A DNA stretch of 64,000 nt. Origin: a virus. Every line of letters starts with the position of its first letter. The first letter of the stretch is position 1. The stretch is from positions 32,001-96,000 of IMG/VR virus record IMGVR_UViG_3300028920_000043. One strand, 5' to 3'. Below the pieces are notes generated by a model. The model was not told where the DNA came from and did not search any database. It was given only the letters and a program-made list of their open reading frames with translations. Positions 10,001 to 17,783 of this stretch are shown here, in pieces. The translations under genes and the position numbers were made by a program.

Positions 10001-11397
10001 TAGCTCCCTACCGATGTATTATCAGAATGATATCCAATGGCTGTAAGCCTCTCGGGGGCTACAGTCAGCTTTTCAGGATTATCACTTGCAACCATTTCCC
10101 CTTTGAGTAAAGATAAAGAAAGATCGATGACTTTTACTTCTTGATCAAATAAGCCATATAAGAAATTTCTGTTCTGAATAAAATCTGTGATATACCAAGG
10201 CTCTACTTTCGCAAGAGTCGCCCCGCCTATCTGTTTACCAGTATGATCAAATATAGGATTGTTAAGTAATGTTCCGCCTTCGTCATACTTGGGAAACTGT
10301 AATGCCATTGCTTGAGCATCGTTGAATATAGTACTCGCTTTTATATCAGCAAAAGATATATCCAAATAACGCTTGCTATACTGACTCTGAAATATATCTT
10401 TGAATTTCTTTTTCTCAAACTTATTAAGATCCGCAGCACTCCACCAAGCCAGGTAACCATACCGTCCAAGATTAAAATCCAATGACGGATAATAAGTTCC
10501 CAGAAATAACTTGTGAAGCAAATTGACATAGTAAGAATTCATTGAGCGCGTGGGGATAAACTTGGCTAATTGAGATCCGTTATAGTATGTCCAGAAACTC
10601 GTGGAAGGAAAGTTTCGTTGGTTGCTATCGGTATCTTCAAACACCAATCCTATATCGGAAGTCAATACAACGTTTATTCCCGGACGTACTTTGAATAATG
10701 TAGGGCCGGAAACATAGGAAGGAGTGAACTCCACAAAGTCTGTTCCCAATGCACCGTAAAGAGGACCGGAAGGAGTTTGAGCACTTGTTATCGTGGGATA
10801 AAGGGTAACATCTACCTTATGCCCTACTGTCGGTGAGGAAGAAACAGTTAAAGTAAAAAAGAGATTATAGCCTATTGAGTTTCCAGGGGTAGTTTGAAAT
10901 GTTTGAGATCCAATAGTTATCGTAACCACTCCAGATTCAATCGCTGTTATCTCAGCAGTGAAATTACTTTGAACTGGATTCCCGTCATCATTCCACTTAT
11001 CTACATCAAAAGCTACTCCCAACGAATCTCCTGTCTTTGTCACCCATGGAACTCCATCACTGAAAGTTGCCTCTCCTATATAGCCTTCCCCGGCATATAA
11101 CATTCTACCATCTTTGGTAAATGCATTTGCCGTTCTGTCAGTATTATACGTGTTAAAAGGATCTGGATATATGCAAGGGATTATTAATTGATTATCCAAA
11201 AAGGTTTCAAAGAAGCGATCAAATTGTGGAACGAAACCAATCAGTGCTGCAGACTTTTCATCGTAGACAGGAAAGTGAATGTACTCTTGATACTTCCGAG
11301 TAACCATTCTGGCTACTCGTTCTCTATCAAGATATTCTTGAGGAAAATCAAAAGGTTTTAATGTAGGACCACCAGTGCTCATTCTGTTTACCGTCAA
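7018..11397 (-). CDS. Large virion tail-tip / host-attachment protein (1459 aa)
   Basis: Last gene of the tail module; rich in beta-strand residues (Y/S/T/G). No specific family recognised. Confidence 0.5.
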   Translation of the reverse strand: MTVNRMSTGGPTLKPFDFPQEYLDRERVARMVTRKYQEYIHFPVYDEKSAALIGFVPQFDRFFETFLDNQLIIPCIYPDPFNTYNTDRTANAFTKDGRMLYAGEGYIGEATFSDGVPWVTKTGDSLGVAFDVDKWNDDGNPVQSNFTAEITAIESGVVTITIGSQTFQTTPGNSIGYNLFFTLTVSSSPTVGHKVDVTLYPTITSAQTPSGPLYGALGTDFVEFTPSYVSGPTLFKVRPGINVVLTSDIGLVFEDTDSNQRNFPSTSFWTYYNGSQLAKFIPTRSMNSYYVNLLHKLFLGTYYPSLDFNLGRYGYLAWWSAADLNKFEKKKFKDIFQSQYSKRYLDISFADIKASTIFNDAQAMALQFPKYDEGGTLLNNPIFDHTGKQIGGATLAKVEPWYITDFIQNRNFLYGLFDQEVKVIDLSLSLLKGEMVASDNPEKLTVAPERLTAIGYHSDNTSVGSYSEVFSWFPARNKLPALVGGVIYNVSGPAASERPANTPTKISFDISHVCKTFTPSYTVNYLKNSGDSFDPEDGILDAVVGTPANNSGDSGTNYWAQHGQSMSCYVLLKSDGLYTLVPGSSTTKRQNYPQQAVRIWGGNWGDISYTYGTVESLGYWNYAGSQLATFSLNKILDLPGTSKSIIRYNGSDRLYVLTSTHLVVVRLYGDQRIFDWSSASAIWFAGYTNAEILRSVPLPSELTSANIVRVLDKSPLMSERQPIALYTNEIKPFSMYYKTDSIQMDCHAHLQITPIQSKILSRRDPADDQQDQNYYLKHTKILRSTKLLANETELNSNYLMSVGICKDFNSESADDGKIYRCTWPEDTDEQDTGVRLQEVDYYNQTERHRDNVILGDNYVPVLSTYVFNPSYVKIYFATGDEYVSPAFEDGQVWWDSPNMYHLYSDWRCQGYYLYVYRNGEFVKHDGENYAAYTVYNMYWVQGFLYSAFGTPASFLQAGDKLYLFKEPTDAPTVESAGTIQTYIRSMCDDGTYLYCLYMRRWRDDKVRLAKINKEKLFNGDADYVETDVEVHGYASNDNMWKGDWSSLIYNESKDCLFINIYNYTNSNYRDLIRINKDSLAKVWLFTTMWPSPYDGDVFMVPILSTLDTDNIEYGKLRVNASTGAYVDEDACVLYVSPLEAINNNGYQIEGLLLGYSAPDFEAHIHGESITANGIKDIAINSPDHDVYFYISTKKSGSSIYNYYKIIPGWPGRSGLNRKAYVEWVKSAETGTAWPEGLSTYPYTFSEAGKILTIDTQYYPTSPPRIGDQMTVDLTFLEDDFQSMSQIVNNARPYLGTIDIGSYFTHLNTSGWPNDKGNGYYTNNAIATIRFHESLHDTNNSSAVFYGYKAGSEQYYKESISTSITYNHTANSYMAKSISFSFDYNPSTEKVIMEVTVVVSRATKGFAPFSWSGETLSTTVTEYQKTVKKAIQPYYVHWKIEVSSIIEAQGAGGYYFSRVS

Positions 11398-11696
11398 GAA
11401 ATATTAGAGGCTACCAATGCCGCAGGAACCAGATTCATTATTCCAGAGGTAAGAAGATCACTGGCAACAAGGGGGTAATGAGTACTGAATGCTAATCCCA
11501 AATCTCTAGCATATAAATGATGGTGAATTGAAATGCCTCCACTATCTTCATCGGATACACCTCCACCACCTCCCGGGACCACTATTTCTTCTTCCGGCTC
11601 TTCTCGCAATGTAGATCTTCTGACACTCTCGAGACGATTAACGCGCTTCTCCAGCGCGCGTATATATGCCAGTACTTGATTGACATCTGTTCTCAT
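11394..11696 (-). CDS. Small hypothetical tail protein with N-terminal coiled coil
   Basis: IRALEKRVNRLE heptads, Gly linker; translationally coupled to both neighbours. Confidence 0.55.
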   Translation of the reverse strand: MRTDVNQVLAYIRALEKRVNRLESVRRSTLREEPEEEIVVPGGGGGVSDEDSGGISIHHHLYARDLGLAFSTHYPLVASDLLTSGIMNLVPAALVASNIS

Positions 11697-13924
11697 TATT
11701 TGTTCCTTAACGTGCCGGAAGTTTTGAATCCTTGAAGATCCAATGCCAAGCCTACAACAGTCAATTCCAATCCAGTGAATTCTGAATTCTCAAACTCATT
11801 CACTTTATCTCCCGGTCTCAATGTTGCATCGAATCTTGGATTCATCCACGTTGCCGAGAATGCCGCATCTTTTAATCCGGCCACTTCAGAATCAATGAAG
11901 GCAGCAAGCTCTTCGTAGTTATTGAATTTTATTTCCGTCTTCAAATTCAATCCAGTTTTGCCTGTCGTCTCCTCCCATTCTAAAGGATCAGTTTCCACAG
12001 TAGGTATTTTCGGCCTGTACTTACCATCCGGATCTGGTAGCATAGATTCAAACTTTAGTTGCGCTTTGAAATCCCCTTCGCGGTCTTCCGTGCGTTCTAT
12101 GGTAATGGGTACAGTGCCTTGACGTTCGGAATCATAATACAACCGAGCATTAGTCTTGAGAACGGCAGTCAAGAATATTCGTTTGGTAATCCAGGTATCC
12201 GGATTACTGGCCGTAATGTTATTATAGTTCGTTCCATCATACGAAGTGAAGTTAATTGCTTCTCGTACCACATTGAAAGTCGAGAATTCCAATGTTCCAG
12301 TTTTGGGATCGAACTTATAACCTGATTCGGTTCCAGATACTTCTTCATATACCTCTATGAGACTCGTGGTGGCCTTACTCGGATCTTGTCTGATTTCATT
12401 GACTATCACTTTCAACTTCGGATGAACACTTTTCTTCTTCTTGTCATCCCAGACTTCCGTGATCAGTTTCGGTAATGCCGTTGCCTGCTTTCCAGGAAAG
12501 AACCATGATGTTTCAATATCGAATGCCTCCGGAGTACCAAATATACCATCAAGATGTTCTTCGATTCTTTCGTAATCATAATCTTCTGGGATTCTCCAAC
12601 AGCGAAATACCTTACCGATGTTCTTACCGCTCGAGTCATTGGCATCTGTGGTCTTCAAACTCTTGGAGAGTTGTGCCATGGCCTGCGCCGTTGTCTTTCC
12701 CGCGGATCTCAAGTTGGCAAACTCAGTCTTGAAATTAGTGAAGTCTTCATCTGACCATGCCGGTTCCAATTCAATCGTTGTCTCTACTTCAATATTTCCT
12801 CCTACACCGTGGAGTCTGTTTACAACATCCGCAGCATTTTGACTGACACTCAAACTACCCACATTATATTCCGGATGATCCGTTACTCCGTTTCCGGAAA
12901 CACCAATCACTACTCGTCTTGTTTTTTCTTGCGCGTTCAATACTGCTGTTTGATACAACTCACTTGGGGAAGGAGTACCACTCGTTCCTGTAACTGCTGA
13001 CGGATTGTTCCGTGTATTTTCAGGACGTGTTGAAAACACGATTAAATCTGACTCTTTCTTTTTATGAAAGACATAACTGTTCATATCGTCCAAGTACCAA
13101 CTGTTCAATGGATCCGCGTCTTTCACTATTCTAGTAATGGCATTTGTGAAATTGGATCCCTCCAACTCATAATCAAAAGCATTATGACTTGAGTTCAGTT
13201 GAATCTCAGTCTCTTCGGGCAGACGAATGACTCCGGGCAATCGCTGACCGATTTCCAGAAACAACATATACTCCAGAACATCATCCAGAGTCCAAAACTG
13301 CGCCTTGTCCGAATCCTTAGAAAATACATGAACCTTTCTGGAATAAGGATTCAATAATCCTGTTCCGGACTCTGCGGATACGCTTACTTTATTGGGAGAC
13401 TTATCCGGCTTGCCATTCTCATTGAATACCAATCTCTGAAAAGGATTCTTGGCATAAGAAGTAACGTTCCTATCTTCATCATATTCCGTTGCCATCCATG
13501 AACCGTGCGCTTGCTTTGATGATAAGACAAACTTATAACCGACCGCACGAAAAGAATTGCCGTCCGCACTACTACCCAACTCGTTCGATGGCTCTAAAAT
13601 GATTCCGCGGAATAGTTGAATTGATCCGACCGGCAGATGCGCCCAATATGCTTTTATCTTTATCGGTGTTCCGATTACCGTACCGCCTTCGGAAAAGCGT
13701 TCCTGAGGAAACGATACTTCCGCAGTATTGTTCTCATCATTGATTCCCAAAGTGATTCCAGAAACCGATGCTACTGCTACACGATTCGGTGACAGCGTTG
13801 CTCGCCGTCCGAAGGTAGTATGATAAAATCCAGACCACCAAGACAAGCTACCGGTGCGTTCTGCTTGCACGTAGATTCTTGGAGGCTGAACCAAGGAAGG
13901 ACTGTATGTTAATCCAACACCCAT
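11696..13924 (-). CDS. Putative tail hub / Tal-like protein (742 aa)
   Basis: Position in the tail module. LFRGII, VNRLHGVG and C-terminal LRPGDKV...LTVVGLALD resemble hub-protein signatures. Confidence 0.5.
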   Translation of the reverse strand: MGVGLTYSPSLVQPPRIYVQAERTGSLSWWSGFYHTTFGRRATLSPNRVAVASVSGITLGINDENNTAEVSFPQERFSEGGTVIGTPIKIKAYWAHLPVGSIQLFRGIILEPSNELGSSADGNSFRAVGYKFVLSSKQAHGSWMATEYDEDRNVTSYAKNPFQRLVFNENGKPDKSPNKVSVSAESGTGLLNPYSRKVHVFSKDSDKAQFWTLDDVLEYMLFLEIGQRLPGVIRLPEETEIQLNSSHNAFDYELEGSNFTNAITRIVKDADPLNSWYLDDMNSYVFHKKKESDLIVFSTRPENTRNNPSAVTGTSGTPSPSELYQTAVLNAQEKTRRVVIGVSGNGVTDHPEYNVGSLSVSQNAADVVNRLHGVGGNIEVETTIELEPAWSDEDFTNFKTEFANLRSAGKTTAQAMAQLSKSLKTTDANDSSGKNIGKVFRCWRIPEDYDYERIEEHLDGIFGTPEAFDIETSWFFPGKQATALPKLITEVWDDKKKKSVHPKLKVIVNEIRQDPSKATTSLIEVYEEVSGTESGYKFDPKTGTLEFSTFNVVREAINFTSYDGTNYNNITASNPDTWITKRIFLTAVLKTNARLYYDSERQGTVPITIERTEDREGDFKAQLKFESMLPDPDGKYRPKIPTVETDPLEWEETTGKTGLNLKTEIKFNNYEELAAFIDSEVAGLKDAAFSATWMNPRFDATLRPGDKVNEFENSEFTGLELTVVGLALDLQGFKTSGTLRNK

Positions 13925-13929
13925 GATCT

Positions 13930-14161
13930 GGCTTCCTGGCTTTCACGCATGAAAGCTTTTGAACTAGCTCTGTCTTAAAACTTTCACGCATGAAAGCCGC
14001 ATAAAATAACTATTTTATCCGGTCATGCCTAACAAACTACCCGGTTTATTATGATTAAAAAATAAACGACCCACTCAGACCGTCTAGGCTTCTCCGTATT
14101 GCATCAATGACAAATCACTCAAGTATCGAAAAGCAGCGCGAAATACCATAGGATTTCGCAG
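13930..14161. repeat. Palindromic repeat locus 2 and long non-coding element copy A
   Basis: Cores at 13939-13956 and 13981-13997, followed by blocks colinear with 32456-32649. Confidence 0.9.
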
Positions 14162-14172
14162 GATTTCCCGCA

Positions 14173-16593
14173 CTATAGTACCGGCTCTCCGTTCAACGAT
14201 GTAACCGGGGCTGGTGCGCGTCCATCAAGATCCGCAGTATAGACATCTGTGTTTCCGTCATTCACCGTTCCGCTTGCGCGTCTTGCTCTAATCACAAACT
14301 GCCAGACCTCATGCTCTGCTGCTGTCAATCCACTTTCCGTATGCTCATAGAAATTGACACCATCGGAATACGCAACAGTGAAGAGTGGCGTATTATAATC
14401 TATCGTCCCAGTTCCACTGTCCGTGTAAACTGCAAAGTCCTCTGGTAGTGGTCGTGAGAAATCAGAAAAGTAAGCCCATGAAAAGTACGCTCCACCGTTT
14501 GGCCTTGCTTCAACATATAAATCAGTTGAGCCCACATCCGACCGATCTATCTCCTCATGAGGAAAGCCAGGCTTATTAGGCGGCTCGGTATCCGGAATCC
14601 ACAATACATGGCAATCCGTATTTCTTTCTATATGTCCTGCCGAATCCACTGCCCTTAATCCAAACCCCCATCCACCATTTGCCAATACTGGCGATGTCCA
14701 TTCCTGCACTCCCGCACTGACTTGATCTACAACGGTTCCCCAATCCGGAGGAGCATCATCTACTCCGGCATTATCATAAATATAAATCTTATCCAGATCG
14801 GAATCGGTTGGATCGATCCATGTTATCTTAATCTTTGGTCCCGCGATCTCCTCAAGAACTACATTGGTGACCGGTTCCGGAAAAGAATCAATCGTTACTG
14901 AAATATCTTTCACCGTGCTTTCGTTTCCTACTTCATCCACAGCAACGACTCGAAACTTATACGTGCCATCATCCAAATGCTCAGTCAAATGATAATATAG
15001 GACCCATTGAATCTCATAGACTATTCTTGCATCTTTCGATACTTCCAAATCCCTAGAATAGGCCAACTCCCCATCCCGGTGCATTTCCAAATCTGTTTCA
15101 AACAAAAGATCCGCAGTCTTGTCCAGGAGAGTATTCAAAGCATAGGCCATTTCTCCATCTGCAGTCTCTGTGAATCCTGCGTACTTGTAAACTACAGAAC
15201 CGTCCTTTTTCAGAGATCCTAAATAATCATAAGATATCTCTCCGTCTTCCTCAAGCTCTATAGAATAAGGCTCAGTTGATGGAGTAAAGCTTGCGATATG
15301 ACGAGCGATTCCATTGGAGAATCTAATCTCGTCATAGAATCCATCCATGGCTGAAAGCACTCCACCGTCAGATGTGGTGATGTTTGGAAATCTAAACTCG
15401 CCTGAGAAGTTAGAAAATGTTATAGAGAGTGGTGCCGTTCCAAGAAGATCACCATCCTTGAAAGCATACACAGTATTTCCAAACCGACAGATTTCAAAAT
15501 GTACCCACTCTTCTCCTGATCCAAACCCTGGTGACCAATCAATGCCCACTCCGAAAGGCGTATCCGCGGATTCTCCGTTTACAAAAATATCAGAATTGCC
15601 ACCAGCATTATAAGGGTAAACATAAATATAATTAGCAGCATCTTGTCTTTGGCTGAAGCCTGCCACTCTATCATCAGTTGAGTACAATGGGTAGAACCAA
15701 AAATCAATCGTCCAGTCACCATTCAAAAACCAATCATCAGAATCTGGAATAGCAAAATACGAAACACTGTCAAAGCGTTTCCATAGGGATCCAAGTCCAA
15801 ACTTCTTCACACTCTTAATCAGTTTGGCTTGAGGTAATCCTGATGAAGTAAATACGTGTCCGGTATCATCCGTAAATGGAGTCGGATTGTCTGTTGTTTT
15901 TGGCTGGACTAAAACTTTTGTATTTCCATCAACCGTGAACTTCGTAGTCGGCTTGGAAAAGTTTGTGGTGTATCGAGCATTATCACTAATCCGCAGAACT
16001 GCCATATGTCCTTGCCAGGGTCTTACAATATTCTGCTTTCTTGCAAGATGAAACGTTCCACCACTGAAACTAGGAATGGTATCGGAATCCGTAGCCGTTC
16101 CAATGCTCGTACCATCCACAAACATTTCATAAGACGTTCCTTGCTTCACTACTGCCAAATGATAATACGTGAACTGATTCAAGCTAGTTGCTTTTGAGAT
16201 ATCTATGATTGTTGCACCACCGCTGACCACCGTGAATCTCAGATTAGCCCCATCATACCAAAAGCCCCAAGCATTGTTGTCATCAATTCTATATCCACAG
16301 ATGCCATTATCAACCGGCCACGAAATCGGATTGTAATTGTTGAACACGTAAGTCTCAACCGTAAAGTCTGTTCCGGTGAGATCAAAATCAGAATCGGAAG
16401 GAGAGTTGAATCTATAACCACTGCTGAAGTACAGAATCCCTTCACCGTCCGTGAACGGATGGCGATATGCAGCGCACTGATTTTGACAAGTGACAGCATG
16501 ATCCGAAGTACTGAAATCTTTCAGACTCTGTTGCTTATCGTCTTCATCACAATGAAGAATCAGTTTGGTATATTCATCAATTCCGCCAGCCAT
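14173..16593 (-). CDS. Tail fibre/spike: 2 LamG (ConA-like) domains, 14-aa repeats, FN3-like domains
   Basis: DFTVETY / DWTIDFW, HLAVV, DEIRFSNGIAR LamG signatures; YKFRVVAVD.GNES and WGFGLRAVD FN3 signatures. Confidence 0.8.
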   Translation of the reverse strand: MAGGIDEYTKLILHCDEDDKQQSLKDFSTSDHAVTCQNQCAAYRHPFTDGEGILYFSSGYRFNSPSDSDFDLTGTDFTVETYVFNNYNPISWPVDNGICGYRIDDNNAWGFWYDGANLRFTVVSGGATIIDISKATSLNQFTYYHLAVVKQGTSYEMFVDGTSIGTATDSDTIPSFSGGTFHLARKQNIVRPWQGHMAVLRISDNARYTTNFSKPTTKFTVDGNTKVLVQPKTTDNPTPFTDDTGHVFTSSGLPQAKLIKSVKKFGLGSLWKRFDSVSYFAIPDSDDWFLNGDWTIDFWFYPLYSTDDRVAGFSQRQDAANYIYVYPYNAGGNSDIFVNGESADTPFGVGIDWSPGFGSGEEWVHFEICRFGNTVYAFKDGDLLGTAPLSITFSNFSGEFRFPNITTSDGGVLSAMDGFYDEIRFSNGIARHIASFTPSTEPYSIELEEDGEISYDYLGSLKKDGSVVYKYAGFTETADGEMAYALNTLLDKTADLLFETDLEMHRDGELAYSRDLEVSKDARIVYEIQWVLYYHLTEHLDDGTYKFRVVAVDEVGNESTVKDISVTIDSFPEPVTNVVLEEIAGPKIKITWIDPTDSDLDKIYIYDNAGVDDAPPDWGTVVDQVSAGVQEWTSPVLANGGWGFGLRAVDSAGHIERNTDCHVLWIPDTEPPNKPGFPHEEIDRSDVGSTDLYVEARPNGGAYFSWAYFSDFSRPLPEDFAVYTDSGTGTIDYNTPLFTVAYSDGVNFYEHTESGLTAAEHEVWQFVIRARRASGTVNDGNTDVYTADLDGRAPAPVTSLNGEPVL

Positions 16594-17224
16594 CGTCTAC
16601 TACCTCTTGGAATGCTGTATTAATAACAGAAGCATAAGCCTTTTCTATCTGAACTCCTGTCGGATTCAATTTCAAAAACTTAACTATTCTGTCAATTTCA
16701 TATTTCTTATTTCTCAATATTCTCTCGAAACTGCAATGGAGCACTGGATAAGCTCCATCATTCTCTCGTACCCAATTTATTATCTCCGTATAATCCCTCA
16801 AGCGATTGAGCATCGTCCCACTCAATGGAGCATCGTCAGCGTCTCGGTAGTGTATGGATTGCGCCATTGCAAACACATCTCTCCAGACACAGATGACATA
16901 AGGATTCCTCACTGATGAAATAATCTGCTCTATGTAAGTATAGAGTAACTGATCCTTCCAGCCCCATACGTTGTAAGTTTTGTTTCTTTCTTCAATAATC
17001 GGTTTTATCTTATCACCGATCTCGCTGTGCTTGCCTTCAAAAGCCAATGGGTAACTCTCCCGAGTAAACGTCCAGTCCTCATAATCGTAACCAAACCAGG
17101 ACGGCTCGAACTCTTCAGTCTTTCCCATGAAGATTCCGAGATGATCCATGATCTTCGCCACGCTGGACGTTCCACCCCTACCCAGCCCCATTACTAATAT
17201 AGTCTGACAGTTTGTATTTTCCAT
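16577..17224 (-). CDS. Sulfotransferase-family (P-loop, PAPS-binding) protein
   Basis: ILVMGLGRGGTS (5'-PSB loop), WGWKDQ, VWRDVFAMAQS (3'-PB), CSFERIL. Start moved to ATG 17224. Confidence 0.78.
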   Translation of the reverse strand: MENTNCQTILVMGLGRGGTSSVAKIMDHLGIFMGKTEEFEPSWFGYDYEDWTFTRESYPLAFEGKHSEIGDKIKPIIEERNKTYNVWGWKDQLLYTYIEQIISSVRNPYVICVWRDVFAMAQSIHYRDADDAPLSGTMLNRLRDYTEIINWVRENDGAYPVLHCSFERILRNKKYEIDRIVKFLKLNPTGVQIEKAYASVINTAFQEVVDDGWRN

Positions 17225-17783
17225 TATCGAAATCAACCAATCTCTTTCTGTTGAACCCAACCAATGCCTTCTCAACTCTACTCTCATCAATATCCAAAAA
17301 CGCCAACATCTTTTCAACTTCTCGTTTCGGATTCCGTATTAAGCGCTCGAAGCTCAATAGTAAAAATGGATACGAACTTTCAGAAATGAAATCCAAAATC
17401 TTTTGATATATTACCAAACGACTTCGGATGAACGATTTTGGAACATACTTAACCTTGTCTCTGTTTGTAACCGAATCAAATGCCGCTATAGGATCTCTGA
17501 ATACAAAAATCAATCTTGGGTTTCTAATCTCGTGAATAATCTCCAATCGATTAACCAAGAACGGATCCTTCCAACCCCAAATGTCAAACTGTTTATTCCG
17601 CTCTTCAATCTTAACGCGCATCTCATCCAGACTCTTTCCTACAAAATCTATATCCTCGAAATTTCCAGCCTCCTTGAATTGATAACCAAAGAATAATCCG
17701 GCACTGATGAGTATGCTGGCAATGGCAGAAGTGCCACCTCTTGCCGTTCCAAGAATAACAATTGTCTTTTCGTTAGTCAACAT
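17178..17783 (-). CDS. Sulfotransferase-family (P-loop, PAPS-binding) protein
   Basis: IVILGTARGGTS, NFED, WGWKDP, VFRDPIAAFDS, LSFERLIRNP. Paralog of the adjacent gene. Confidence 0.8.
   Translation of the reverse strand: MLTNEKTIVILGTARGGTSAIASILISAGLFFGYQFKEAGNFEDIDFVGKSLDEMRVKIEERNKQFDIWGWKDPFLVNRLEIIHEIRNPRLIFVFRDPIAAFDSVTNRDKVKYVPKSFIRSRLVIYQKILDFISESSYPFLLLSFERLIRNPKREVEKMLAFLDIDESRVEKALVGFNRKRLVDFDNGKYKLSDYISNGAG

Noticed and set aside
13925-14172. tRNA or small peptide gene in the long intergenic elements
   Set aside because: No cloverleaf or T-loop GTTCRA context; short frames (21-26 codons) are not maintained between the two copies.
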